DNA of 64,000 nt from Parcubacteria group bacterium GW2011_GWA2_51_10 (GTDB taxonomy: Bacteria > Patescibacteriota > Minisyncoccia > Phycocordibacterales > UBA2100), in the NCBI GenBank assembly GCA_001004265.1, contig LCQS01000017.1, positions 2,530 through 66,529 on the forward strand, given 5' to 3'. Below, piece by piece: positions 39,783 through 49,530 of the stretch. Below the pieces are notes generated by a model. It saw only the letters and a program-made list of their open reading frames with translations, searched no databases and was not told the DNA's origin. Numbering within the stretch: the first letter of the stretch is position 1; each line of letters begins with the position of its first letter. A program made the translations under genes and the position numbers.

Positions 39783-40328
39783 CTATACCCGTTGGACTTG
39801 ATCAGCTTCGAGCTCAACTGGAGTTTCGCGGCCGAACATCGGAACAAGAACCTTCACTTTCCCGCGCTCTTCGTCAATCTCGCCCACTTTTCCTTCGAGA
39901 TCCTTAAATGGCCCGTCGATGATAATGACGGCATCGTCGAGCGCAAGATCGATCGCATGCCGCACCGTCTCGCCCTCGGCGCGTTTCAGAATTTTATCAA
40001 CCTCATCTTGCGAAAGCGGCACTGCCTGATTCGCCGTTCCCACGAAGCCCGTTACTTGCGGCGTGTTACGCACAACGCTCCATGCGTCGTCCGTTGCCAC
40101 CATGTCAACGAGAACGTAGCCGGGAAATACTTTTTCGCGCACCTCGCTCTTGCGCCCACCTTTTATTTTTATTTTTTTCTCGGTCGGGACGACAACTTTG
40201 AAAATCTTGTCCTTCATCCCGAATGATTCTATGCGCTGCTTTAAGTTCCGCGCGACGGCGTCCTCATATCCCGAATAGGTATGAATCGCATACCACTGCC
40301 TTTCTGATCCGTGCGTTTGTTTACTCAT
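39783..40328 (-). CDS. nusG: transcription termination/antitermination factor NusG
   Basis: [42 protein letters not shown]. Confidence 0.98.
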   Translation of the reverse strand: MSKQTHGSERQWYAIHTYSGYEDAVARNLKQRIESFGMKDKIFKVVVPTEKKIKIKGGRKSEVREKVFPGYVLVDMVATDDAWSVVRNTPQVTGFVGTANQAVPLSQDEVDKILKRAEGETVRHAIDLALDDAVIIIDGPFKDLEGKVGEIDEERGKVKVLVPMFGRETPVELEADQVQRV

Positions 40329-40356
40329 GGTTAGCAAAAAGTAGTTAGCGGAAAAT

Positions 40357-40665
40357 TTACTCGCTATCTCCCGCTGGAGCCGGTGCGACTCCATTTGCTC
40401 CTCCCGATATATCGAACGGAATCGAAGGGACTATTTCAATGGGCGACGTCGAGAGCGCAGGCGGCGGCGCGCTACCTTCAGGCAAAACCTCGAGTGCATT
40501 GCGCAGACCGCTCGTGAACAGATAATCGAACAGGCCGAGGTAGGCAGCCACAAGCAGGGAAAGCACTATTACAAGAATCGTATAGACGATGGTTTGAAAT
40601 CGCGTAGGCCATGCGACGTGCCGAAGTTCGCCGCGCGTGTCTTTCACATATTGGATGAGGCCCAT
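40357..40665 (-). CDS. secE: preprotein translocase subunit SecE
   Basis: ELRHVAWPT motif, TM, upstream of nusG. Confidence 0.93.
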   Translation of the reverse strand: MGLIQYVKDTRGELRHVAWPTRFQTIVYTILVIVLSLLVAAYLGLFDYLFTSGLRNALEVLPEGSAPPPALSTSPIEIVPSIPFDISGGANGVAPAPAGDSE

Positions 40666-40788
40666 AGAAATAGTATGAAGTATAGGGTATGGGGTATGGG
40701 GTAAAATGCAAACGCCAATCTAAAAACCCCTCGCGGGGTTTCGTAAACTATACTCCCGCTTTGTGCAAAGTCAACTCCATATTAGCGA

Positions 40789-40914
40789 GGAGCGTATGTT
40801 CTGCGGAACCTCTGGAAGCGCGCGAGGTTGGCCGGTGTGCAGCGCCGTCGCGCGCTGAAGCTAAGGACGAATTCCGCTGGAGAATTCGCCCGGGTTTCGT
40901 GGAACATGCACTCC
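40789..40914 (+). repeat. structured three-way-junction element, family 1 copy B
   Basis: same core as 21971..22099 with a different but complementary outer stem. Confidence 0.75.
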
Positions 40915-40924
40915 GGAGCGTCTT

Positions 40925-41746
40925 TTATTTAATTTCGTACGTCACCGTCACATTTGAGACGATTTTGTTTTCGCCGACAGGGACGTCGGGAGCTGGCGCT
41001 TTCATAGGAGCGGCAAGGGCCCGCTCGTCGCCACCCATTCCGTATGCGTAGTACGGCATGGGACCTTCACTTTCGTAGAACCCGACGACGCGCACGAGCG
41101 AGACACCGAGCGAGCGCGCCAAAACTTCCGCTTTTTCCTGCGCCTTTTTGATCGCCTTATCGCGCGCTTCCGCTTTGAGTGCATCTTCATCGTCTATTGT
41201 GAACGAGAGGCCTGAAACTTCGGACGCGCCGCGCGAACCAACACCGGAGAGAAGATCGCCGGCTTTCTTCGTGTCGCGCACTTTCACCGAAAGCGTTTGC
41301 GAGACTTGGAAGCCAGTCAAAACTTGTTTGCCCGGTGGACAAAATTCGCTTCCCGCAGGGCACACGCTTCGACTCCATTCATACTGCGGCTGAACGCTGT
41401 AGTCGGTCGTTTTAATATCCTTCTCGGGAACGCCTGCCTGCTTCAAATATGCAATGATGTCGTTCCCCTTTTTCGTCGCCACGTCTTGCGCGTCTTTTAC
41501 TTCCTTAGCGGTCTCGCGCACCGCAACGCTGAAAGTCGCTGTGTCTGGCACCGCAAAAACCTCTCCGTCGCCACTTACAGTGATCGTGTTTGTCGCAGGA
41601 ACGCCGCTTCCAATAAAACGCAGCGCCTTCAATTCGCCAACTGTAGAAACTAGGAGAAATAGCGCTAGGACGCCGAGTGCCGTCGCGGCCATCGTTCGCG
41701 GCCAATGTGTTGCCTTGATAATCTCGCGGACAGATTGTTCTTCCAT
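40925..41746 (-). CDS. SIMPL (DUF541) domain protein
   Basis: ITVSGDGEVFAVPDTA, DIKTTDYSVQPQY, AQEKAEVLARSLGVSL, VTVTYEI. Confidence 0.92.
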   Translation of the reverse strand: MEEQSVREIIKATHWPRTMAATALGVLALFLLVSTVGELKALRFIGSGVPATNTITVSGDGEVFAVPDTATFSVAVRETAKEVKDAQDVATKKGNDIIAYLKQAGVPEKDIKTTDYSVQPQYEWSRSVCPAGSEFCPPGKQVLTGFQVSQTLSVKVRDTKKAGDLLSGVGSRGASEVSGLSFTIDDEDALKAEARDKAIKKAQEKAEVLARSLGVSLVRVVGFYESEGPMPYYAYGMGGDERALAAPMKAPAPDVPVGENKIVSNVTVTYEIK

Positions 41747-41856
41747 ATGATAATTAGCTTCTACGGACTAGCTGCTAGCTTCTAGCAACTATTTCTAATA
41801 AATATTACAGAGCATTATACTCCTTATACTGAACGGACGATGAACTGACCACATTC

Positions 41857-42057
41857 TTACAGTCCTTCTAAAGCGCTATATGAGGATAGAAAACTCGGGA
41901 TCGCAAAAAAGAGACCGATGACTGGAAGAGCGACAGCCGCAACTGTGATGATGACGATAACCAAAATATACTTCCTCGTTTTCTCGGCCGATTCATAAAC
42001 AGCGATAATTCTTTGCTCAAGAGCAGTTAGTTTGTCTCGAAGTTCCTGATCCTCCAT
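41857..42057 (-). CDS. small membrane protein
   Basis: coiled N-terminus, SAEKTRKY, then TM. Confidence 0.7.
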   Translation of the reverse strand: MEDQELRDKLTALEQRIIAVYESAEKTRKYILVIVIITVAAVALPVIGLFFAIPSFLSSYSALEGL

Positions 42058-42107
42058 AGAATAGTTGGTTGTTAGTAGAAAGTAGTTAGTAGCATGAATA
42101 ATAGCAG

Positions 42108-42539
42108 TTATCGAAGGCGATTCTTGTATAACTCTAGAAACGCCGGGAATTGCGAGTGGAGCGGCGCGGGCAGATTATTGACAGAAAACCACTCAAGCGC
42201 ATCAAATTTCTCCGGCTCACCATTCCTAACGTGAGACGGATCTATGAGAACTTTGAAATCCAGCGCGATCCAGTGCGTCGGCCGACCATCATTCGTGCGG
42301 TGCACGTCGCGATAGCCAAGAAATTCATAATCGAGAACGCGGGCGCCATACTCTTCCAAAATTTCTCTGCGCAATGTGTCCTCGATCGTGTGTCCGAATT
42401 CTAATCTTCCAGCTCCCGGATCCCACGTGCCATGTTCATCGCGGCACTTTTCACTCCGCTTGCTCAATAAAACATTGCCCTTCCCGTCATGACAGAAAAA
42501 AATAACGCTTACACCTGTGTAATCTTCTCCAACATTCAT
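42108..42539 (-). CDS. NUDIX hydrolase
   Basis: Nudix box GRLEFGHTIEDTLRREILEEYG; NGEPEK. Confidence 0.92.
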   Translation of the reverse strand: MNVGEDYTGVSVIFFCHDGKGNVLLSKRSEKCRDEHGTWDPGAGRLEFGHTIEDTLRREILEEYGARVLDYEFLGYRDVHRTNDGRPTHWIALDFKVLIDPSHVRNGEPEKFDALEWFSVNNLPAPLHSQFPAFLELYKNRLR

Positions 42540-43237
42540 GTCGTCTCTTTGGCCGTTTCTGACTCGAAAAGCGCGCGATCTTTTTTAAAGAGCGTTTTTG
42601 CGATGTGAAAGATTGAGTACGTTATGAAATACGCTGCAACCACATCAATCGTGTAATGATAATGTCCGAGGAGTGCGGTCGTTGCGAATACTATCGAGCT
42701 TCCGATGAAGATATACCGCAGCCGCTTCTTCCTCCAAAAAAGGAGCGCGAGAAGATACGGCGCGCCCACATGACCGGAGAAAAATAGCCCGCCTCCGAAA
42801 ACCATGCGGCTCGTAACAGTCCATACCTCCACGGGCGGCGGCACGGGAAGTCCGAGATGAGTCAGCGAAATAAAAAAGGCACGAATGAGAAAATAGAGCG
42901 TGAAGCTGTGGAGCGTAAACGGGATACGTTTGGGATTCGTGATGAGAAGACTCGCCGCGAAAATGAGAAGCGCAAGCGCGCCCCATATATAAAACCAATC
43001 GACGTCGAATATCGCTATTTTATCCAATACAATGTCGCCAACAGCGTTCGTCGCTTTTTCAGTGGCATAGATCTCGGCGAAATATGCGATCGCCATGCTC
43101 GCAGCAAAAAGAATGAGCGAGAAAATCGTCGCGGATCGCGACTCCGAATGCATCCAATGATCTCGATGCCGCCGGAAAAACTCGATATGCGGCCGCGGGC
43201 GCGTGATCGGAGCTTCTACGGCTCGAATCTCATCCAT
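42536..43237 (-). CDS. PAP2-superfamily membrane protein (sphingomyelin/IPC-synthase-like motifs)
   Basis: multiple TMs; FFSGH and HYHYTIDV motifs. Confidence 0.82.
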   Translation of the reverse strand: MDEIRAVEAPITRPRPHIEFFRRHRDHWMHSESRSATIFSLILFAASMAIAYFAEIYATEKATNAVGDIVLDKIAIFDVDWFYIWGALALLIFAASLLITNPKRIPFTLHSFTLYFLIRAFFISLTHLGLPVPPPVEVWTVTSRMVFGGGLFFSGHVGAPYLLALLFWRKKRLRYIFIGSSIVFATTALLGHYHYTIDVVAAYFITYSIFHIAKTLFKKDRALFESETAKETT

Positions 43238-43260
43238 TGTGAAAAGTATATACTACCCGT

Positions 43261-43743
43261 ATGGACATAGCATTCGTGACACAACTTATCTTGCAGTATA
43301 AATACGCGCTTTTGCTACCAGCCGCCGTGATTGAGGGCCCGATCCTCACGATGATCTGTGGCCTTCTTGTCAGAACGGAATACTTGGTACTTGTCCCTAC
43401 TTTTGAGAACATCGAGCTCGTCCGCCGCATCTTCCAGCGATACGATGTCCAGATTCTCCTTTTCTCGAAGGTAACGATGGGCGTGGGATTCCCCGGAGCA
43501 ACACTGTTTACCGCCGGGCTTGCGCACGTCCCTTTTTGGCGATTCATGCAGCTTAATGCGATGGGACAAGTCGTCTGGACGGGAATGCTCATCGCGATCG
43601 GATACTTCCTCGGCAATTTCTATGTAAAGGTGAACGACATCATCGGCCTTATTTCCGCATTTGCTATTATGCTTCTCGTGCTCGTTGCATTCTGGGGCTT
43701 CGGCCGCTACGTGCGCGCGCGGCTCGTGAAAAAAATCTCATGA
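43261..43743 (+). CDS. DedA family membrane protein (appears internally shortened)
   Basis: IEGP, LLFSKVTMG, AGLAHVPFWRF..N, IGYFLG. Confidence 0.8.
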   Translation: MDIAFVTQLILQYKYALLLPAAVIEGPILTMICGLLVRTEYLVLVPTFENIELVRRIFQRYDVQILLFSKVTMGVGFPGATLFTAGLAHVPFWRFMQLNAMGQVVWTGMLIAIGYFLGNFYVKVNDIIGLISAFAIMLLVLVAFWGFGRYVRARLVKKIS

Positions 43744-44456
43744 TATCAATCATCATCCCCGCGCTCGAAGAAGAAAAATACATCGAAGATACCGTGCGGC
43801 AGTTCGAAAAGCTCTCATTTCCACACGAGGTCATCGTCTCCGACGGCCACAGCCACGACCGCACTGTTGAGATCTCCCGAGCATGCGCCGACAAAGTCGT
43901 CGTATTTCAGGGCGCAAGGCACAATCCTTCGATCGGCCGCAATGACGGCGCGAAAGCCGCATCGGGCGATATTTTGGTGTTTGTGGACGGGAGTGTCATC
44001 GTGCCGGATCCAGATGCTTTTTTCCGCCGGGCGCTCTCGTATTTTGAGAATGACGCTTCGTTTGTTTCCCTCTCTGTCCCGCAATGGGTCTACCCTGAAA
44101 AAGAAACGATGACGGACAAGATAATGCTCACCATCACGAACTGGGTGCTCCGCATTCAGAACAACGTTTTCAGGCGAGGTGTCGGGTCGGGAAAATTCAT
44201 GATGCTCCGCCGCAGAGCCTTCGAAAAAATCGGCGGATTCCGTGAAGACTTGGCAACGCGCGAAGATGGAGACCTTGGGCTGCGGATCTCAAAAGTTGGC
44301 CGCGCGTACTTTGATCCGAAACTTTGTATCTACTATTCGGGTCGGCGCGAGCATGCGATGGGCTGGGCGCGACTCCTGTGGATGTGGATGACAAATTCCC
44401 TCGCCGTTGCTCTGTTTGATAAATCAGTAACAGAAGAGTGGAAACCGATTCGCTAA
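43740..44456 (+). CDS. glycosyltransferase family 2
   Basis: ISIIIPALEEE, VSDGHSHDRT, GRNDGA, FEKIGGFRE..ED. Confidence 0.92.
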   Translation: MISIIIPALEEEKYIEDTVRQFEKLSFPHEVIVSDGHSHDRTVEISRACADKVVVFQGARHNPSIGRNDGAKAASGDILVFVDGSVIVPDPDAFFRRALSYFENDASFVSLSVPQWVYPEKETMTDKIMLTITNWVLRIQNNVFRRGVGSGKFMMLRRRAFEKIGGFREDLATREDGDLGLRISKVGRAYFDPKLCIYYSGRREHAMGWARLLWMWMTNSLAVALFDKSVTEEWKPIR

Positions 44457-44547
44457 CAGGTTTTTTTGAAAAAAAACTTGCGTGATTATATAGATTATTG
44501 TCTAATACCGCGTAGGCACTAACGCCTGAAACCCATGGAGGCGCAGA

Positions 44548-45150
44548 ATGGCGCGTCCCGTCCTTGTAATCGGGTTGTTTCTCGTAGCCCTTCAGTACAT
44601 GTTGGCCTGGCAATTCGGCTGGCTGACGACAGCGCAGATGCAAGTGCAGTTTCCTCAAGGGCCCGTGCTCCCGCTCGCGTGGCACTTCGGAATACACTCC
44701 GACTTCGTCCTGACATTCGTGCTCGCGTACATCGTCGCGAAACACGGAAGTGAATGGACAATGGAGCATTGGGCGATCGCACTCTTCGTTGCGGCGGTCG
44801 TCAGCGTAGCGCTGCATGTGTTTGTGTATGCGGCTGGGACGATACCGGAAGCGCACGTGCAGGGTGGCCGCGTGACCAGTGTCGGATGGGTACATGCGCT
44901 CTATGCGGTAGGTGCGTTTGCGATTCTGGCGTTGTTTTATATAGCCGCGACACATCCGACAAAATGGGAGCTCATCGGCATAAGTACGTACCTCGTTGTG
45001 CACGTCTGGTTGAGCTGCCATTTTATCCCAGCGCTTTTCCTCAAGGATTACACGAGGGAGGCACTAACGAGCAGCTTCGGATGGCTCGCACTCGCCGGAA
45101 CCGCCGCGCTCGTCACGCTTCTATCGTGGTGGCGCTGGCCAGCCGAGTGA
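44548..45150 (+). CDS. hypothetical integral membrane protein
   Basis: 200 aa, about six hydrophobic segments, His-rich; SD GGAGG. Confidence 0.7.
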   Translation: MARPVLVIGLFLVALQYMLAWQFGWLTTAQMQVQFPQGPVLPLAWHFGIHSDFVLTFVLAYIVAKHGSEWTMEHWAIALFVAAVVSVALHVFVYAAGTIPEAHVQGGRVTSVGWVHALYAVGAFAILALFYIAATHPTKWELIGISTYLVVHVWLSCHFIPALFLKDYTREALTSSFGWLALAGTAALVTLLSWWRWPAE

Positions 45151-45197
45151 CAGCAACAGATGGACAAACGTCGGGACTCCGTGTGCCCGGCGTTTTT

Positions 45198-45920
45198 TTA
45201 TAACCGCGCGTCTGTGTAGCGGGCTGTGAGCGGCTTGCGGCGCGCGACGACAGAGATGTAATTCGCCATGTATGTAAAAAGCGTGCGCACAATGCCGTCT
45301 GCCAGCAGGCGTCGTGCGGATGTGAAAATAAAAAAATCATTTCGGAATAAGCAGACCCCGTGTTTTGATAGTCGCCGTCCGAGATCCGCATCCTCTCCAT
45401 AAAACGATATCGCTCGGTCGAATCCACCAATTGCGGCAATAGCGTCTCTTCGCGCAATGAAATTACCACCTAATATCAGAAACCCTGTCGTAACTGAAGT
45501 GGCAGGTAAAATTATGAACTGGACGATTTCAATAACGCGACGAAGCGCGTGTGGACCATCGTGATATTTCACGGGACCACTCAACGCGATAGCCTCGGGA
45601 CGCTTTGATATGTGGCCGAGCGCGGCCGAAAGCCAGTTTGAATGAATCAAGCAGTCTGCATCAATGTATGCAACCCATTCTGAATTTGAAGCTTCAAGCC
45701 CTGCCTGCCTTGCGTGGGTTAGGCCCTTTCTATCTTCGCGCACGACACGCACGCCACGGCCCTCATACTCTCGTGCGATAGCTCCCGTGCGATCGACAGA
45801 TGCATTGTCCACGACGATTATTTCCTTGAATCGCCCGCGTGAATGTGTGAGCGCGGCGTCAAGACACGCTCCAATGTATTTTTCCTCGTTATATGCGGGA
45901 ATAATTAAACTGATGTCCAT
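45198..45920 (-). CDS. glycosyltransferase family 2
   Basis: ISLIIPAYNEE, VDNASVDRT, IDAD, GGFD..YGED, TSARR. Confidence 0.93.
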   Translation of the reverse strand: MDISLIIPAYNEEKYIGACLDAALTHSRGRFKEIIVVDNASVDRTGAIAREYEGRGVRVVREDRKGLTHARQAGLEASNSEWVAYIDADCLIHSNWLSAALGHISKRPEAIALSGPVKYHDGPHALRRVIEIVQFIILPATSVTTGFLILGGNFIARRDAIAAIGGFDRAISFYGEDADLGRRLSKHGVCLFRNDFFIFTSARRLLADGIVRTLFTYMANYISVVARRKPLTARYTDARL

Positions 45921-45925
45921 AGCAG

Positions 45926-45998
45926 GGCGATCGCAGGGAATTGAACCCTGATCGAGAGCTCCACAAGCTCCAGTGTTAACCATTACACCACGATCGCC
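45926..45998 (-). tRNA. tRNA-His(GTG)
   Basis: cloverleaf GGCGATCG..CTTGTGGA..GGTTCAATTCC..CGATCGCC with G-1/C73. Confidence 0.93.
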
Positions 45999-46059
45999 AT
46001 TAAACACTCCCTTTATATCAAATGTCGAAGGTTGGTGCGAGAAAAATATATCTATGAGA

Positions 46060-47151
46060 TTACAAGAGCTTCTCCACTCTCTCCACCGGCTCGGGAGTAG
46101 CGACAATGGTAAACGAAACGCGGCCGATAATGCGCCCGTCTTCGGTTCTCACGTTGACGCGCCATTTGCCCGGCGCAATGCTCTGTCTAAACGTGTACAC
46201 ACGGTATCCACCCGAGCGACCGCCCGTTATTGGAAAGCTGTAGCTGCCACTCTCGATCCATTCGCCTGCCTCCTTATCATGATATTCCCACTGATGGAAA
46301 ATTTGTGCGGAAAAATCAGCAGGAAGATACACGGCGGTGAACACATAGACACGCTCGCCGGGCGCCTTATGGAATGCTTTGTGATAGCGCAAATAGAACT
46401 CATACCATCTGCGTGGCTCCTCTTCTAAGACATACGTATCGCCCTTTTTTTGAATGCTGTGATACACGCCCGCCTCCTTCAGAGCAAGCGGGAACGGTGG
46501 AATGGCATTCGTGAAATAGAGGACATTGACGAGCAGAAAAATGGAGCCGATGACGCTAAGCACCGTACGGCGATTCTCCCGCACGAGCGCGGGAATGAAG
46601 TATTCGATGAGCCGCACATATAGCGCTATTATAAAAATGCTTAATACTCCGCCAACCACGAATGTATCCGTTTGAATTCTTGTAAGGAGAACGGGGAGAG
46701 AGAACGTTAGGAACGAAAACAGACCGAAAAAAAGAATCCCGATCTGAAACGCAAACCGGCCGTACAACTTTCGGAATCGCTCGTTGCTGATCAGCAGGAG
46801 CGCGAGTGCGACGACGAATATCCAACTGACAGCGAGCGCCGCGCTCTGACTGTAGAGAATGACAAATCCGCTAAAGAGACCGCCGAAAGCAAACTGAATC
46901 ACAACCGGCAAAAACGGTGCGGCAGCATTCCATACGCGCCCCAGAAGCGCGCCTGCGAGAATAAGATTGAGAAGTAAAATACCGCTGCCCGCGATCACCA
47001 GGTATCCGAAAAGAAAAAAAGCCGACCCGAGCAAATCCACATTGCGAACGATGAATGCATCGAGCGAGAACCCAATAATGAGGGTGACAGGAGAGACATA
47101 GCGCTCATACCACGTGAGCAATTCTTCGGTACTTTTTGGCAGATACCTCAT
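46060..47151 (-). CDS. DUF2914-like membrane protein
   Basis: multiple TMs, QFAFGGLFS, C-terminal VYVFTAV..HQW..GGRSGGYRVYT..GKWRVNV. Confidence 0.8.
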   Translation of the reverse strand: MRYLPKSTEELLTWYERYVSPVTLIIGFSLDAFIVRNVDLLGSAFFLFGYLVIAGSGILLLNLILAGALLGRVWNAAAPFLPVVIQFAFGGLFSGFVILYSQSAALAVSWIFVVALALLLISNERFRKLYGRFAFQIGILFFGLFSFLTFSLPVLLTRIQTDTFVVGGVLSIFIIALYVRLIEYFIPALVRENRRTVLSVIGSIFLLVNVLYFTNAIPPFPLALKEAGVYHSIQKKGDTYVLEEEPRRWYEFYLRYHKAFHKAPGERVYVFTAVYLPADFSAQIFHQWEYHDKEAGEWIESGSYSFPITGGRSGGYRVYTFRQSIAPGKWRVNVRTEDGRIIGRVSFTIVATPEPVERVEKLL

Positions 47152-47158
47152 GATTTTG

Positions 47159-47722
47159 TTATTTGTAATTCGGTGGCTGCTCGTCCACCCCAGCAGCGCG
47201 ATTCGCGAGACGTGTAAGAGCGTAAAAAAGCGAGGAGAGCCGGTTCGCATATGCGCGGCTCGACTCACTAACAATTCGATCGCCCGATTCATGGAGCGCG
47301 ACAAGACGTCGCTCGGCTCTTCGGGAGACAGCACGCGTGATATCGAGCCGCGCTGAAAGCTCCGTGCCGCCAGGAACAAGGAAACTCTTCACTTCAGGCA
47401 AAGATTTCTCAATACGCGTTATCAGTTCGCCGAGCGCCTCGACGCTCGATTGCGGCACTGATTTCTCCGCTCCTGCGACTTCCGCTTGAACGGTGAATAA
47501 ATGATCCTGCACCTCGCGTAACACTTTTACGATATCGACATCGAGCAAGCTTTCGATAGGATGATTTTGCGCCTCGGTCTTGCACCAGCCAGTCAGGGTA
47601 TTCAACTCATCGAGCATTCCAAGACACTCAAAAATCGGCGACGTCTTAGAAGCCCGCTGCCCCGGCGGGCTGTCAAATAATTTCGTTGTTCCTTTATCGC
47701 CTTTGCCCGTGAAAAAAGCCAT
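47159..47722 (-). CDS. pduO: PduO-type ATP:cob(I)alamin adenosyltransferase
   Basis: FTGKGDKGTT, GMLDELN, FLVPGG, RAVSRRAER, YANRLSSLFY. Confidence 0.92.
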   Translation of the reverse strand: MAFFTGKGDKGTTKLFDSPPGQRASKTSPIFECLGMLDELNTLTGWCKTEAQNHPIESLLDVDIVKVLREVQDHLFTVQAEVAGAEKSVPQSSVEALGELITRIEKSLPEVKSFLVPGGTELSARLDITRAVSRRAERRLVALHESGDRIVSESSRAYANRLSSLFYALTRLANRAAGVDEQPPNYK

Positions 47723-47744
47723 AAGTCAGGAAAAATCTCTCTGC

Positions 47745-47834
47745 CTATACAAAGAAACATAATGCACGTCTTGCCCCGTAGCCAAGTCCGAAGGATTTGT
47801 GGTACTGGGGTCCTTTCCCGGTAAAGAATGCCAT
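47745..47834 (-). CDS. 29-aa upstream ORF repeating the PduO N-terminus
   Basis: MAFFTGKGPQYHKSFGLGYGARRALCFFV; preceded by TGTTATGAT. Confidence 0.4.
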   Translation of the reverse strand: MAFFTGKGPQYHKSFGLGYGARRALCFFV

Positions 47835-47887
47835 GCGGCAATCATAACAAAAGGGCTGCCCGCAGCGATCAAAAAAGGAGATTGCAA

Positions 47888-48391
47888 CTATCGTATAGAT
47901 TCCGGAAGCGGGCTCATCCAAATCAGATGTTCCTCGCCGAGATATCCTCCCAAAATTGATGTCCACTGCCCGTCGAGAACCTCGCTCGAGGTAACTACGT
48001 ATGAGACTGCGCCAGCATCGCCGATCTGATCTTCAGTAATATCTATGTATCCCACACTTAAAATATTGCCATTCAAAATACCGACACCTCGCTGAATCTG
48101 GCTCTCTGCAATATGCCATTCAAGATCATATATAGAGCCGCTTCGTGCGATATATACTTCCCCCTCGTACGTCGCATCGCTCACCGGTCCCTTGCCGACG
48201 AGACGATAGACGCCTTCTCGTATTTCGCTCGCGGCAGATGCGTTTCCAAAGAACCCCGCCGGGTTTTGCATCATTCCTGAATTGAGGAACGGGGAGCGCA
48301 GAAACCATCCCACGCCAAATGCAAGAAGGACGAGAATTATTGCCGTGGGCAAAATAAGAGAACGCTCGACATGCGTATTGCTCGGCTCCAT
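47888..48391 (-). CDS. membrane-anchored hypothetical beta-barrel protein
   Basis: TM, then GVYRLVG..YEGEVYI..YDLEWHI..GVGI..LDGQW. Confidence 0.7.
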   Translation of the reverse strand: MEPSNTHVERSLILPTAIILVLLAFGVGWFLRSPFLNSGMMQNPAGFFGNASAASEIREGVYRLVGKGPVSDATYEGEVYIARSGSIYDLEWHIAESQIQRGVGILNGNILSVGYIDITEDQIGDAGAVSYVVTSSEVLDGQWTSILGGYLGEEHLIWMSPLPESIR

Positions 48392-48469
48392 GATGCATTA
48401 ACTGTACATCAAATATGCCAAAGATATTTTACGAGCTGTGTATATTCTTCAACCGCTTCTATCTACGAG

Positions 48470-48553
48470 TGCGCGGGACAGGATTTGCACCTGCACGCCC
48501 TTAACGGGCACAAGCCCCTCAAGCTTGCGAGTCTGCTGTTTCTCCACCCGCGC
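48470..48553 (-). tRNA. tRNA-Leu(GAG)
   Basis: GCGCGGG acceptor; anticodon arm CAAGC-TTGAGGG-GCTTG; long variable arm; T-loop TGCAAAT. Confidence 0.88.
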
Positions 48554-48619
48554 ATCGAAGCTTTACAGCTTCTGGCCAACTGTATCCAAAATTCTTTCGA
48601 CTTTCAATCTTTTTCTCGT

Positions 48620-49060
48620 TTATTCCGTCTGTGCTACCGCTTCAGCTTCAACTTTTTCGGGCTCGGGTTTTTCCGCCTTTTCCGCGTTCTCTATCTTCCC
48701 CTGCATAGTCATAAGACGCGTGCGGCGCAGTTGGCGGCGCGCTTCGCGCGCTACTTTCTCGCGGATGTAGTAGAGCTTCGCGCGGCGCACGCGACTCCGC
48801 TTCACGATCTCAACACGGTCTATCATTGGCGCATAGAGCGGAAATATTTTCTCCACTCCCACTCCGCTCGCGACGCGACGGACGGTGAATGTTCCCCCAG
48901 CTTCCGTACCGTGCTTGCGTGCAAGCACGAGTCCTTCAAATGCCTGAAGACGAACCTTCCCTTTTTCTTCGATCTTCTGCCAGACGCGAACAGTATCCCC
49001 CGGCCGAATGTCGAGATTTTTGCGCTCTTCAATATTTACCGACGAAATGTTTATTGACAT
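48620..49060 (-). CDS. rplS: 50S ribosomal protein L19
   Basis: [33 protein letters not shown]. Confidence 0.98.
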   Translation of the reverse strand: MSINISSVNIEERKNLDIRPGDTVRVWQKIEEKGKVRLQAFEGLVLARKHGTEAGGTFTVRRVASGVGVEKIFPLYAPMIDRVEIVKRSRVRRAKLYYIREKVAREARRQLRRTRLMTMQGKIENAEKAEKPEPEKVEAEAVAQTE

Positions 49061-49104
49061 ACTTGAACCGGCCTGCCTGCAGACAGGCAGGCACTATAGC
49101 ATTC

Positions 49105-49383
49105 TCAATACACTATCTCAAAATCTTCGAATACTCTCGACAGATCGCGCCATTCCACTTCCACATCTGATACATGTGAGCCGAACGGGCCTTTGCGCAA
49201 ATACTCGATAAATTTTTCCAAATGGTCGGGAAAACCTTGCGCAACTATTTCGACCGTAAAATCCTGCATATTCCGCACGTAACCAACTAGTGCGAGGTGC
49301 TTGGCATGCTTCTCGGCAAAATTGCGGTACGTCACTCCCTGCACCCTGCCGCGCACGCGGCAAAGAATTTCAGCTTTCTCCAT
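49105..49383 (-). CDS. acyP: acylphosphatase
   Basis: GRVQGVTYR, GYVRN..VEIVAQG, GP..SHV. Confidence 0.93.
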   Translation of the reverse strand: MEKAEILCRVRGRVQGVTYRNFAEKHAKHLALVGYVRNMQDFTVEIVAQGFPDHLEKFIEYLRKGPFGSHVSDVEVEWRDLSRVFEDFEIVY

Positions 49384-49384
49384 G

Positions 49385-49456
49385 TGCGCGCTGAGGGATT
49401 CGAACCCCCGACCTTTCGCGTGTAAAGCGATTGCTCTACCACTGAGCTAAGCGCGC
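49385..49456 (-). tRNA. tRNA-Val(TAC)
   Basis: GCGCGCTTAGCTCAGTGGTAGAGC..CTTTACAC..GGTTCGAATCC. Confidence 0.95.
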
Positions 49457-49458
49457 GC

Positions 49459-49530
49459 TCCCCTCGGTAGGAATCGAACCTACATATCCGACTTAGAAGA
49501 TCGGAGTTCTATCCATTGAACTACGAGGGG
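49459..49530 (-). tRNA. tRNA-Arg(TCT)
   Basis: CCCCTCGTAGTTCAATGGATAGAAC..CTTCTAA..GGTTCGATTCC. Confidence 0.93.
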
